Shown here: piece by piece, positions 8,183 to 19,416 of the stretch
Numbering within the stretch: the first letter of the stretch is position 1
Layout: each line of letters begins with the position of its first letter
Assembly (NCBI GenBank): GCA_014382465.1
Contig: JACNJP010000224.1
Coordinates: 9,560-35,657, forward strand
DNA from: Planctomycetota bacterium
Lineage (GTDB): Bacteria; Planctomycetota; UBA1135
Direction: 5' to 3'
Length of the DNA: 26,098 nucleotides
The notes under the pieces: generated by a model
The model's database searches: none
Told to the model about the DNA's origin: nothing
The model's input: the letters and a program-made list of their open reading frames with translations, nothing else
Made by a program: the position numbers and the translations under genes

Positions 8183-8242
8183 GAGGAACGCGGCCTGCGA
8201 CGAGCCTTGCCGCTCCCCTTCGGAAGGCCGCCCATCCCCCAC

Positions 8243-10102
8243 GTGCCCGATTCATCCTCCCAGTTCGAGGCGTTCCTCCAGGATCGCTGGCGGAAGACCA
8301 ATTATTTCGGCTACCTGGCCGAGTGCGTGGCCCTCCTGTCCATGCTGGCGGTGATCTTCGGCCTGCACCACCTGGTCAAGCCGATGCCCCTCGCGACCCT
8401 GGTCCCGGTCCTCCTGGGCGGCATCCTCGTCAGCGGCCTGCCGACCTGGTTCAACCACCGCAACCGGACCGTCGACCGGCGCCTGATCGTCGTCGCCAGC
8501 TATCTGGTGTTCGCCGTGATCTTCGCCGGCCTCGCCGGCGTGATCGACGCCACCCTCGGCGAGCCGGCGGTCCTGGCCTGCTGCTTCCCGCTCCTGGCCT
8601 GCTGGGGGATCTATCCGCAGACCCGCTCGAGGTCGGTCCTGCTGCCCCTGGCGACCTGGGCGGCTTTCGGCCTGGCCTATTTCCCAGCCTCGGACTGGGC
8701 CGCGACCTCCTGGCTCCACCTGCTGCTCTTCGTGCTGGCCGGACTCGGCGGCACCATCGCCGCCGTGCTGAGCTCCCACTCCCTGTGGGACAGCCTGCGC
8801 CAGCTCTTCGCCTCGAACCAACAGCTCGACCTGGCCGTGGAGGAGGCGCGCGCCGGAACCCTGGCCAAGTCGGAGTTCCTGGCGAACATGAGCCACGAGA
8901 TCCGGACGCCGATGAACGGCGTCATCGGCATGGTGAGCCTGCTCGAGCGCTCGGAGCTCGACGAGGAGCAGAGCGCCTGCGTCGGCCTGATCCGCGAGAG
9001 CGGCTCGGCGCTGCTGGGCATCCTCAACGACATCCTCGACCTCTCCAAGATCGAGGCCGGCAAGCTCACGGTCGAGGAGGTCGGCTTCGATCTGCGGCGC
9101 GTGGTGCACGGCGTGATCCGGCTCCTCAGCGGCACCAAGGCCGCCAAGGGACTGCAGCTCGGCGCCACCGTGGCGCCCGAGGTGCCCGACGCCGTCATCG
9201 GCGACCCGACCCGGCTCCGGCAGGTGCTCATGAACCTGACCGGCAACGCCACCAAGTTCACGGAGCAGGGCTCGGTCTCGGTCAAGGTGGACCTGGCGGA
9301 AGACCGCGGCCGGCAGGCGCTGGTGAGGGTGCGCATCCGCGACACCGGCATCGGCATGACCCAGGAGCAGCAGGAGGGGCTGTTCAAGCCGTTCTCCCAG
9401 GCGGACGCGTCGATGACCCGGCGCTTCGGCGGCACCGGTCTCGGCCTGGCCATCTCGCGCCAGCTCTGCGAACTCATGGGCGGCGAGATCACCCTCCGCA
9501 GCCAGCCCGGGGTCGGCAGCGAGTTCAGCTTCACCGTGCTCCTGACCCGGGATCCCGCCCGGGAATCGGATACTCAGGTGCTCGACGGCAACTGGAGCTT
9601 CGCCGGCGAGGACCCGGCCGCGGCCGCCCGGAAGACCCCTGGGACCGCGCCGCCCGCCGCCACGGAGGCCGACCGCGCAGGTCCGCCCGCCGGAACGACC
9701 GGACACCGCATCCTCCTGGTGGAGGACAACCCGGTGAACCAGATGCTGGCGCGGAAGATCCTGCAGCGGCTCGGGAAGGTCGTGACCCTGGCCAAGGACG
9801 GCCAGCAGGCGGTCGATCTGTTCGAGCCCGGGGCCTTCGACCTGGTGCTGATGGACTGCCAGATGCCGCGGCTCGACGGCCGCGGCGCCACGCGGGAGAT
9901 CCGCAGGATCGAGGGCGGCGCCAGCCGGGTGCCGGTCATCGCCCTGACCGCCAACGCCATGGCCGGGGACCGCGAGACCATGATCGCCGCCGGGATGGAC
10001 GATTACCTCGCCAAGCCCTTCGAGCTCGTCCAGCTGCAGAAGGTCCTGGAGCGGTGGCTGAAGCCGGGCCGGATCGGTTCGGTGGGCGCTCCGGGCGGGT
10101 AG
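8243..10102 (+). CDS. Hybrid sensor histidine kinase 1 (6 TM + HisKA + HATPase + REC)
   Basis: H box [16 protein letters not shown] box [18 protein letters not shown]1 DTGIG, G2 GGTGLGL, receiver ILLVEDN, LMDCQMP and AKPF. GTG 8243 is preferred over ATG 8180 because that ATG lies inside the GCCGATG box and 8243 aligns with the paralog start. Confidence 0.95.
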   Translation: MPDSSSQFEAFLQDRWRKTNYFGYLAECVALLSMLAVIFGLHHLVKPMPLATLVPVLLGGILVSGLPTWFNHRNRTVDRRLIVVASYLVFAVIFAGLAGVIDATLGEPAVLACCFPLLACWGIYPQTRSRSVLLPLATWAAFGLAYFPASDWAATSWLHLLLFVLAGLGGTIAAVLSSHSLWDSLRQLFASNQQLDLAVEEARAGTLAKSEFLANMSHEIRTPMNGVIGMVSLLERSELDEEQSACVGLIRESGSALLGILNDILDLSKIEAGKLTVEEVGFDLRRVVHGVIRLLSGTKAAKGLQLGATVAPEVPDAVIGDPTRLRQVLMNLTGNATKFTEQGSVSVKVDLAEDRGRQALVRVRIRDTGIGMTQEQQEGLFKPFSQADASMTRRFGGTGLGLAISRQLCELMGGEITLRSQPGVGSEFSFTVLLTRDPARESDTQVLDGNWSFAGEDPAAAARKTPGTAPPAATEADRAGPPAGTTGHRILLVEDNPVNQMLARKILQRLGKVVTLAKDGQQAVDLFEPGAFDLVLMDCQMPRLDGRGATREIRRIEGGASRVPVIALTANAMAGDRETMIAAGMDDYLAKPFELVQLQKVLERWLKPGRIGSVGAPGG

Positions 10103-10112
10103 CGAATGCCAG

Positions 10113-10142
10113 CCTCAAGGGGAGCGGGCGCTCCGGCCGATG
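10113..10142 (+). promoter_or_regulatory. Promoter motif CCTCAAGnGGAGC-N10-GCCGATG (sigma28-like), copy 2
   Basis: Matches 8153-8182. Both copies are also preceded by TAGCGA (8141 and 10100). Confidence 0.55.
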
Positions 10143-10200
10143 AAACGGCGTGGCTGTCCCCGCAGGCTCCGGGCCGCTCAGCTGGCTGGCTGGGCAGGTC

Positions 10201-11982
<1,782 letters not shown>

Positions 11983-12009
11983 CCCGGGCTCGGCTATCCT
12001 CTCGGGGCC

Positions 12010-13260
12010 ATGACCGATGCCCCCGCCCTCGCTTCCACCAAGCTGAACCAGGTCATCCGCGAAGGCGTCTCCGAGGCGCCGCTGGACGCCCTGGCCAACC
12101 CCCTCTGGGCCCGGATGCGCGAGCTCGGCACCGAGCTGTGGCTCGACACCGGCGACATGGACCAGGCCGCGACCTTGTGGAGCGCCGAGTTCACCGCGCT
12201 GACGACCAACAACACGCTGCTGAACATGGAGATCCAGAAGGGCATCTACGACCAGTGGATCCCCCTGGCGGCGGCGGCGGTGCGCGAGGACCAGCCGGAC
12301 ATCGAAGGCCAGGACCTGGTGCTCGAGATCGCCTTCGCGCTCAACGCCCGCCACGGCCTGCGACTGCACGAGCGCTTCGGCGCCTACGTCTCGGTCGAGC
12401 TGCACACCGACCTGGCCCACGACGTCGAGCGCTCGGTGGCCTACGGCCGCCGCTACGCCTCCTTGTGCGACCACTTCATCGTCAAGGTGCCGCTGACGCC
12501 GTCGGGGCTGATCGCGGCGCGCCGGCTGGAGGACGAGGGCATCCCGGTGAACTTCACCCTCGGCTTCTCGGCGCGGCAGAACCACCTGGTGGCGCGCTTC
12601 GCCCGGCCGAGCTGGGTGAACGTCTTCATGGGGCGGCTGAACGCCTACGCCGCCGCCGAAGGGCTCGGCGACGGCGCCTGGGTCGGCGAGCGGGCGACTC
12701 TGGCGAGCCAGGCGACCCTTGTCGAGCTCCGCGAGAAGGGCCTGTGCTCGACCCGGCAGATCGGCGCCAGCATGCGCTCCGCCGAGCAGGTGGCGACGCT
12801 GGCCGGCCTCGACGTGTTCACGGTGCCCTGCGGCGTCACCGCCGGCTTCCTGGCCGACCCGCCGGCGGTCGAGACGCTCGCCGACCGCACCGGCGAGGAC
12901 TACCGGCCGACCTGGGCCGAAGGGGTCGACCCCGTGGCGGAAGGCCTGGAGGAGCTCTGGGAGGTCGATCCCGGGTTCCAGAGCGCCTGCGACCGGCTCG
13001 CAGAGCTCGACCCGGCGACCGTAACCGCCCAGCAGATCGTCGACCTGCTCCACGACGCCGGCCAGGGCAACCTCTTCCCGCGCCTCAGCGAGGCCGAGCT
13101 CGCGGCGATCGCCGACGAGGGCAAGCTGCCCAAGCGGGCCCGCTGGTCCGGCGACCTCGCCTCCGGCCGTTGCGGCCTCGACGCCCTGTTCACGCTCGCC
13201 GGGCTGCTGGCCTTCACCAAGGACCAGGCGGCCCTCGACGACCGCATTCGCGGCCTCTAG
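12010..13260 (+). CDS. tal: Transaldolase-family protein (long variant)
   Basis: LWLDT, TTN, VSVEL, Schiff-base Lys in IVKVP, VNFTLGFS, VFMGRL, GASMR. TATCCT lies 9 nt upstream of the ATG. Confidence 0.88.
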   Translation: MTDAPALASTKLNQVIREGVSEAPLDALANPLWARMRELGTELWLDTGDMDQAATLWSAEFTALTTNNTLLNMEIQKGIYDQWIPLAAAAVREDQPDIEGQDLVLEIAFALNARHGLRLHERFGAYVSVELHTDLAHDVERSVAYGRRYASLCDHFIVKVPLTPSGLIAARRLEDEGIPVNFTLGFSARQNHLVARFARPSWVNVFMGRLNAYAAAEGLGDGAWVGERATLASQATLVELREKGLCSTRQIGASMRSAEQVATLAGLDVFTVPCGVTAGFLADPPAVETLADRTGEDYRPTWAEGVDPVAEGLEELWEVDPGFQSACDRLAELDPATVTAQQIVDLLHDAGQGNLFPRLSEAELAAIADEGKLPKRARWSGDLASGRCGLDALFTLAGLLAFTKDQAALDDRIRGL

Positions 13261-13386
13261 GCGCCGGGCGCCCGCGGGGAAATCAGGCCGCCCCCTGGCG
13301 ACCAATTCCCCGGCCGAAGCCGACACCGGTCCGGATTCCGGTTCTACGATGGAGTGGCCGCCGCCCCTCGGAACCGACCCGGACCC

Positions 13387-15774
13387 ATGCTCACGACCTT
13401 CCTCGCCTTCTCGCTCCTCCTCCCGCAGGCGGTACCCCAGCCTGAGGTCATCTCCGCCGAATTGCGGCAGGTCATCGAAGTCGCGCCGCTCGAGCAGCAC
13501 CGCGTCTACGCCTTGATGGCCGACCGCCTCGACTACGCCGATTTCGCCGGCCGCGTCGAGCAGCTGGCCCGCGGCGACCGCCAGCGCTTCGTCATGGACG
13601 AGCTGCGCGCCCACGCCGACCTGGCGCAGGCGCCGCTCCGCGACCTGCTCCAGGACCTCGAGTCCCAGGGCCACGTCTCCCGGGTCAACCCGCTGTGGAT
13701 CGTCAACGGCGTCCAGCTCTCGGGCGACGCCGAGGCGATCCGCCGGCTGGCGGCGGTCCCCGGCGTCTCCCGGATCAGCTACGACCCCGACCGCGATCCG
13801 AACGAGCTCCAGGACGTGCCGCTGGCGGCGATGATCCAGCAGGCCGCCCGGCCGGGCGTGACCGGCGGCGGCCGCGCCGTCAGCTACTACAGCGAGGACT
13901 TCGAGTCCGGCGCCTTCGGCCCCGAGTGGAGCACCGCCACGACCGCCACCGGGCGCGTCCAGGTGACGACCCTGCACGGCCCCCACCAGGGCAGCTACCA
14001 CGTCGTCATGGACAGCTCGCTCGACGGCTCCTACGGCAGCGCGTCGATGACCCTGACCGTCGACCTGAGCGCCGCCTCCACCGCGCAGCTCCGCTACGCC
14101 TTCCTCGACCTCTACGACGAGTTCAACCTCGGCTCGGACATCCTCGAGGCCTCCGACGACGGCGGGCTGAGCTGGACCAAGGTGGCGGACCTGAACGGCG
14201 CCAACGGCACCTACCTGGTCTTGACCCACGACCTCGATCTGCTGGGCCTGAGCTACGTCTCCAACTTCAAGCTCCGCTGGAGCTGGTACGACAACTATTC
14301 CGCGCCGACCGACGGCTTCGGCTTCGACCTGATCGAGCTCGCCGACAGCTTCCCGCCGCCGCCGCCGCCGGCCCCCGAGCCGAACCTCGTCAAGCACCAG
14401 GCGCCCGACCTGTGGAGCCTCGGCGTCACCGGCGCCGGCGTCGTGCTGCTGAATATCGACTCCGGCACCGACCGCAACCACCCCGACCTGGCCAACCGCA
14501 TCTGGACCAACCCGCTCGACCCGATCGACGGCATCGACAACGACGGCAACGGCTACATCGATGACTACTGGGGCTGGAACTTCGCCGGCAACAACAACAA
14601 CCCCAGCGGCGGCGGCCACGGCACCAACACCGCCGGCATCATGGTCGGCGACGGCAGCTCGGGGGTGCGCCTGACTGGCATGGCGCCGCGCGCCTGGCTG
14701 GCGGTCTGCCAGCTCGGCAACGAGTCCGACCACTGGGCCTCGCTGCAGTGGGGCCTGTCGGTCGGGGTCGACTGCTCGTCCTCCTCCTACTCCTACAAGT
14801 GGCCCTTCTCGCCGCGGCCCGACTACTTCACCCACCGCGCCGTGAGCGAGGGCGTGCTGGCCGCCGGCCAGATCCACGCCAACTCGATCGGCAACCAGGG
14901 CGGGCTCCCCACCTACCCGATCCCCTTCAACATCTCCGCGCCCGGCAACGTCCCCGGGCCGTGGGTGCACCCGCAGCAGGTAGAAGGCGGCATCGCCGCC
15001 GTGCTCGGCTGCTGCGGCGTGAACCTCGCCGACGACTCCTACTACACCGCGAGCGGCCACGGCCCGTCGGCCTGGGAGGACATCACGCTCTATGACCCGG
15101 CCTACCCGCACGTGAACGACCCGGCGATGTGGGACTACCCGGCCGGAGGCTGGTCCGTGCCGCAGCCCGGCCTGCTCAAGCCGGACATCGCCGGTTACAC
15201 CAGCGGCCCCATGACCACCAGCGACGGCGGCGGCTACACCAGCTTCAGCGGCACCTCCTGCGCCACGCCGCACATCGGCGGCGCCAGCGCGCTGTTGATC
15301 TCGGCCAACCCGGCGGCGCTGCCGCGGCAGATCTCGCAGGCGCTGCAGGAGAACGCCTGGGACCGCGGGCCGGCCGGCAAGGACATCGAGTGGGGCACCG
15401 GCGTGGCCAAGGTCTACGACGCCGGAATGCGCGTGATCTGCCTGGCGACCGCCGCGGACCTCGAGCCGCAGGCGGGCAGCGCCAACTCAGTGACGGTGAC
15501 CGGGCCGCCCCTGGCGCGCTACGGCCTGTTCTACGGACGGGCCAAGGGAGCGACTGCCATCGGCGTCTACGGCACGCTGGAGATCGCCAACGCCAAGCTC
15601 CTGAGCACCGGCACCCTGAACGCCGCCGGCAGCGACGTGGTCACCGGCACCATCCCCAACAACCCCGCGCTCTACGACAAGCCGCTGTACGTGCAGGCGG
15701 TCTGCGACGACACCGGTGGAGCGACGGGCGCCTACCTCCACTCCCTGGTCGAGACGATGATCGTCCGGCCCTGA
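13387..15774 (+). CDS. Secreted subtilisin-like S8 serine protease with an inserted beta-sandwich and a C-terminal domain
   Basis: Triad motifs LLNIDSG (Asp), GHGTNTAG (His), SGTSCATPH (Ser); oxyanion SIGN; KPDI; Ca-binding-like loop DGIDNDGNGYIDD. Hydrophobic leader MLTTFLAFSLLLPQA from ATG 13387. Confidence 0.93.
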   Translation: MLTTFLAFSLLLPQAVPQPEVISAELRQVIEVAPLEQHRVYALMADRLDYADFAGRVEQLARGDRQRFVMDELRAHADLAQAPLRDLLQDLESQGHVSRVNPLWIVNGVQLSGDAEAIRRLAAVPGVSRISYDPDRDPNELQDVPLAAMIQQAARPGVTGGGRAVSYYSEDFESGAFGPEWSTATTATGRVQVTTLHGPHQGSYHVVMDSSLDGSYGSASMTLTVDLSAASTAQLRYAFLDLYDEFNLGSDILEASDDGGLSWTKVADLNGANGTYLVLTHDLDLLGLSYVSNFKLRWSWYDNYSAPTDGFGFDLIELADSFPPPPPPAPEPNLVKHQAPDLWSLGVTGAGVVLLNIDSGTDRNHPDLANRIWTNPLDPIDGIDNDGNGYIDDYWGWNFAGNNNNPSGGGHGTNTAGIMVGDGSSGVRLTGMAPRAWLAVCQLGNESDHWASLQWGLSVGVDCSSSSYSYKWPFSPRPDYFTHRAVSEGVLAAGQIHANSIGNQGGLPTYPIPFNISAPGNVPGPWVHPQQVEGGIAAVLGCCGVNLADDSYYTASGHGPSAWEDITLYDPAYPHVNDPAMWDYPAGGWSVPQPGLLKPDIAGYTSGPMTTSDGGGYTSFSGTSCATPHIGGASALLISANPAALPRQISQALQENAWDRGPAGKDIEWGTGVAKVYDAGMRVICLATAADLEPQAGSANSVTVTGPPLARYGLFYGRAKGATAIGVYGTLEIANAKLLSTGTLNAAGSDVVTGTIPNNPALYDKPLYVQAVCDDTGGATGAYLHSLVETMIVRP

Positions 15775-15785
15775 GGATCGATGGT

Positions 15786-15815
15786 GGCAGGCTCGTCCCC
15801 AGGGGCGAGCCTGCC
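15786..15815. terminator. GC-rich hairpin between convergent genes (possible bidirectional terminator or stabiliser)
   Basis: GGCAGGCTCG (15786-15795) is the perfect reverse complement of CGAGCCTGCC (15806-15815), and the stem can extend by about 3 bp. No U-tract. Confidence 0.5.
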
Positions 15816-15849
15816 CCCCGATCCCGGGACCAGGCGCCCCTGCGTCGCC

Positions 15850-17949
15850 TCAATTGTCGACGTAGCCCAGCCCTTCCATCCCGGCGGCGTCGTTGGCCGA
15901 TCCCTCGATGCTCTGGAGGACCGGCATCTTCTCGAAGGCCGCGTCGAGGGCGGCGCGCATCTCCCGGAGGCGGTCGGGGTGGTCGGCGGAGAAGTCCTTG
16001 CTGTCCCCCACCCTCAGGTCGAACAGGAACTCGAACTCGCCGCCCTCGGTGCGGACGAATTTCCAGCCGTCGGTGATCCAGCCCTGGAGCCGGGACTTCT
16101 GCAAGGTGTCGCCGTGGGCTTCGAGGTAGAGGCCCCACTCGCCGCGTTTCTCGCCGCGAAGGGCGGGCAGCAGGGAGCGGCCTTGGAGCAGCTCCGGGGC
16201 GGCGGCGTCCAGGCCGGCGAGCTGCAGCAGGGTCGGCAGCAGGTCGACGTGGGAGGCGGTGTCGTCGTCGATCCGCGACCCGCCCGGCAGCATGCCCGGC
16301 ACCCCCGCCTGCGGCTTGATGATGCACACGACGTGCTGGGTGGCCTCGAACAGGCTCGGCGCGGGCTGCACCCGCAGCCCGCGCCCGGGGCAGAGCTCAG
16401 GGAAGTCCTGTCCCTCCCCCAAGCACTCGCCCTGGGCGGCGACGCTTCCCACCACCGCGTTCCGGACGCCGGGGTCCTTCCCCTCCAGCCCCTCCCGGGG
16501 CTTCCCGAGCTGGGCGTCCATGAACTCGATCTCGGCCCGCTGCAGGATCCAGCTCTCCTGGGCCTCGGGGTGGGCGGCCTTCGGCCCCTCGGCCGCGCGC
16601 GCCCGGGCGCGCTCGACGAACTCCTCGTAGACCCCGGTGGTGTCGCGCGGGTCATGGGCGTCGAAGAAGTGGACCCAGGCGAAGAACGGCCGGTCCTGCT
16701 CCGTGGCCCACGCCGCCGCCCGGCTCGCGGTCACGTGGCCGGGGGTGGTGGTCGACACGAAGTCGATGTTCGGCGGCATGACGAGGGACAGCAGCGGCTG
16801 CAGGCGATCGACCAGCACCACGGTCCGCACCAGGAAGCCGGCGCTGTGGAAGATCGGCAGCTTGGCCGAGATCTCCGGGCGGTCGTCGAAGGTCTCGAAG
16901 CCGCGGAAGAAGCCGTACTGACGCCGGACCGGGAGGCCGGAGACGAAGCCGCCGGTGGCGTAGCCGTTCTGGCGGAACAGCTCCGGCATCCGCGGCACCT
17001 CGGGGTGGACGGCGTTGCCGTTGACCCGCAGGCCGTGGCTGGGGGGATACAGCCCCGTCAGCATCGAGTTGTGAGCCGGGCCGGTGATCGGCGCGATGGT
17101 GTGGTAGCGCTCGATGAGCACGCCCTCGGCGGCCAGGCGGTCGAGGGCCGGCGTGTCGAGGCCGCCGCCGCCGTAGGGCGGCAGGGAGTCGGCGCGGACC
17201 GTGTCCCAGGAGACCAGCACGACGTTGGGGCCGGCGCCGCCCGGGAATTCGGCCTCGGCCATCCGCATCGGCTCCTTCTCGAGGTTCGCCCACAGGTAGC
17301 CGAGGGTGACGAAGGGGACCAGGATGGAGGCGGCGGCGAGCCTGGGGACCCAGGCGCTCGGCCGCAGCAGGCGCGGCGGCACGAACCAGATCCAGGCGAC
17401 CAGTACGACGGCCGCGGCGATCCAGATCCAGTCGGTCCCGAGGTCGAAGGGGACGCCGGCGAGGTCGCCCCACTGGCGGGGATCCTGGGGCCGGTTGCTG
17501 GAGAAGTGCCGCAGCCGGACCAGGATGTAGAGCCCCGCGACCGTGCCCACGACCGAGCCGAGCCGGCTCCGCCGCTCAGGATCCCGGACCATCTGCCACA
17601 GGACCAGCGCGAGGAAGGCCGCGAGGAACACCATGCCGAAGCCCGCGTGCTGCTCCTCGCCGGCCATGCCCAGCGAGTTGAGCAGCCCGTGAGTGCCGAT
17701 GTAGAGGTGCCTCCTGAGGTGGACCAGGACCAGCGCTCCCAGGAAGAACAGGATGTCCCAGGGATAGCGGTCGGCGCCCGGGAACTTGGAGAGGACCCAG
17801 CCCCCCAGGCCATAGATGACCATGGGCGAGACCACGGCCATGACCACGAACCAAGGGCCCGAGGAGAAGTGCAGGAGACTGGACAGGACCATGCCGGACT
17901 CGAAGATGCCCAGGGCCCAGCCGACGAGGATTGCGCGAGATGCCTTCAT
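15850..17949 (-). CDS. Membrane-anchored sulfatase-like hydrolase/transferase (alkaline phosphatase superfamily, Thr nucleophile)
   Basis: Several N-terminal TM helices, then PNVVLVSWDTVRAD, TPALDRLAAEG, APITGPAHNSMLTGLYP, FFAWVHFFDAHDP, HVDLLPTLL. Start set at ATG 17949. Confidence 0.85.
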   Translation of the reverse strand: MKASRAILVGWALGIFESGMVLSSLLHFSSGPWFVVMAVVSPMVIYGLGGWVLSKFPGADRYPWDILFFLGALVLVHLRRHLYIGTHGLLNSLGMAGEEQHAGFGMVFLAAFLALVLWQMVRDPERRSRLGSVVGTVAGLYILVRLRHFSSNRPQDPRQWGDLAGVPFDLGTDWIWIAAAVVLVAWIWFVPPRLLRPSAWVPRLAAASILVPFVTLGYLWANLEKEPMRMAEAEFPGGAGPNVVLVSWDTVRADSLPPYGGGGLDTPALDRLAAEGVLIERYHTIAPITGPAHNSMLTGLYPPSHGLRVNGNAVHPEVPRMPELFRQNGYATGGFVSGLPVRRQYGFFRGFETFDDRPEISAKLPIFHSAGFLVRTVVLVDRLQPLLSLVMPPNIDFVSTTTPGHVTASRAAAWATEQDRPFFAWVHFFDAHDPRDTTGVYEEFVERARARAAEGPKAAHPEAQESWILQRAEIEFMDAQLGKPREGLEGKDPGVRNAVVGSVAAQGECLGEGQDFPELCPGRGLRVQPAPSLFEATQHVVCIIKPQAGVPGMLPGGSRIDDDTASHVDLLPTLLQLAGLDAAAPELLQGRSLLPALRGEKRGEWGLYLEAHGDTLQKSRLQGWITDGWKFVRTEGGEFEFLFDLRVGDSKDFSADHPDRLREMRAALDAAFEKMPVLQSIEGSANDAAGMEGLGYVDN

Positions 17950-18043
17950 GGTGGGGAACGGTCCATTATGCCAGCAGGCGCCCGCTCTGAGGAGAGCTGA
18001 TCCAGCCCCCCCCGGCTGCGTCGGAGACCGCTCTCGATCAGCC

Positions 18044-19009
18044 CTACCGGCGGTCGCCGCCGCCGCCCGGCCGGCGGTCGGACGGCGGACCCTGCCCAGA
18101 CCTGGGCCTGAATCCCTCGCGTTCGCCGTCGGCGCCGCCGCCCCAGCGGCGGTCACCGCCGCGACGCCAGCCGCCCTTGGGCTCGCCCGGGAGGGGCGGC
18201 GGTCCGCAAGGGCCGCCGGGCGCGAAGACCTGCTCCCGCGGCATGCCGCACTGCAGCTCCTTGATCGCGATCAGGAAGTCCCGTGACGGCATCTCCGCCA
18301 GGATGCGCTGCTCGTGCGAGTCGAGCTGCCACTCCTCGAAGTGGCCCTGCTCGCGAGAGTGGGCCAGCAGGCGCCACTTGCGGGCGTCGAGCAGGGCCGA
18401 GGCCTGCTCGGCGACCGGCGCCTCCTTGAGCCAGGCGGCCGCCTTGTCGCCGATCCAGCCCTCTTGGTGCAGCTTGTCCAGCTCCTTGAGCAGGTCCTCC
18501 GACCGCAGGCGTTCGATCACGCGGCTGGAGGCGTCCATGCGCTCGTGCAGCGGCCCGCGCAGGCCTTCAGGCCGGAAGCCGGGTCCGAATTGGCCGGCGA
18601 TCTCCTCGTGCCGCCGGCGCAGACGCTCGTGGACCCGCTCGTCGAGGGCCGCTTCCCGCTCGGCGGGCGCCAGGGCACCGAGCCGCTCTCGCTCCTCGGG
18701 CGCCAGCTCGGTCCAGACCCGGCGCCGGTGGCGCGCGACGGCGTCATAGCGGCGACGGACCTCCTCGAGCTCCTCCGGGCTGAGCTGGTTCAGCTCCTCG
18801 AATCGGCGGCGGTAGCGGGCCTTCTCCTCCGGGCTGAACTTACTCCACCAGGCCTGGGCCTGCTCGGCGCCCGAGGGGGCTCCGGCTGATGCGGCCGCGC
18901 CAGGCTCCTGGGGGAGCTCGGCGGCCCTCGCCGCGGCCTCGGGAGCGGCGACCTGCTGGGGCGGAGCGGGGGCCGGCAGCCAACCCAGGACGAGGGGCAG
19001 CAGGATCAT
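18044..19009 (-). CDS. Exported DUF3106-like helical-repeat protein with a Gly/Arg-rich tail
   Basis: ATG 19009 overlaps the anti-sigma TGA (ATGA). Repeats FSPEEKAR, LSPEELEE, LAPEERER and LAPAEREA, with W-x-x-F/L-S/A-P-E-E in two of them. Confidence 0.7.
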   Translation of the reverse strand: MILLPLVLGWLPAPAPPQQVAAPEAAARAAELPQEPGAAASAGAPSGAEQAQAWWSKFSPEEKARYRRRFEELNQLSPEELEEVRRRYDAVARHRRRVWTELAPEERERLGALAPAEREAALDERVHERLRRRHEEIAGQFGPGFRPEGLRGPLHERMDASSRVIERLRSEDLLKELDKLHQEGWIGDKAAAWLKEAPVAEQASALLDARKWRLLAHSREQGHFEEWQLDSHEQRILAEMPSRDFLIAIKELQCGMPREQVFAPGGPCGPPPLPGEPKGGWRRGGDRRWGGGADGEREGFRPRSGQGPPSDRRPGGGGDRR

Positions 19010-19416
19010 CCGTCGGACTCCTCGGTCAGCTCCCAGGTGCCGGTGGTGGCATCCCGGAGGCCGAGCTCCAGGTCCTGGCCCACGACCAGGTCCCAGGCCT
19101 TGAGCAGCTCCTGCTCCTGGTAGAGCTCCGCGAGGAGGTCGGCGTCGACCGGGCTTCCGCCGACGGTGAGCGCCTCCAGGTTCGGATCGACCGGATCCAG
19201 GGTCAGCTCGGGCTGGTCCCGTCCGAGCCAGAAACCGACCGCCAGCAGCAGCGCGGCCGCCACGCCGCGGCCCAGCCACGCCCCGAAGGAGGGCCGCAGG
19301 ATCGGCGCGGGGTGCTGGTCGGCCTCGATGCGGGCCCGGAGCCGACGAGAGAATCCCTCCGGCACCGGTTCGCCCGGGTGGCGGTCCAGCAGGTCTTCGA
19401 GCCAGTCTTCAGTCAT
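19006..19416 (-). CDS. Single-pass membrane protein, probable anti-sigma factor
   Basis: 136 aa directly after the ECF sigma (8-nt overlap ATGACTGA). LEDLLD..PVPEGFSRRLRARI is followed by one TM (GVAAALLLAVGFWL) and a short acidic extracytoplasmic tail. Confidence 0.75.
   Translation of the reverse strand: MTEDWLEDLLDRHPGEPVPEGFSRRLRARIEADQHPAPILRPSFGAWLGRGVAAALLLAVGFWLGRDQPELTLDPVDPNLEALTVGGSPVDADLLAELYQEQELLKAWDLVVGQDLELGLRDATTGTWELTEESDG

Noticed and set aside
13261-13350. Possible structured RNA or terminator between tal and the S8 gene
   Set aside because: Only short GC stems (e.g. CCGGA-T-TCCGG), with no U-tract or recognisable riboswitch motif.
18050-18200. Gly/Arg-rich tail of the DUF3106-like protein as an RGG RNA-binding region
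   Set aside because: The protein appears exported, and such tails are common low-complexity ends in high-GC genomes.
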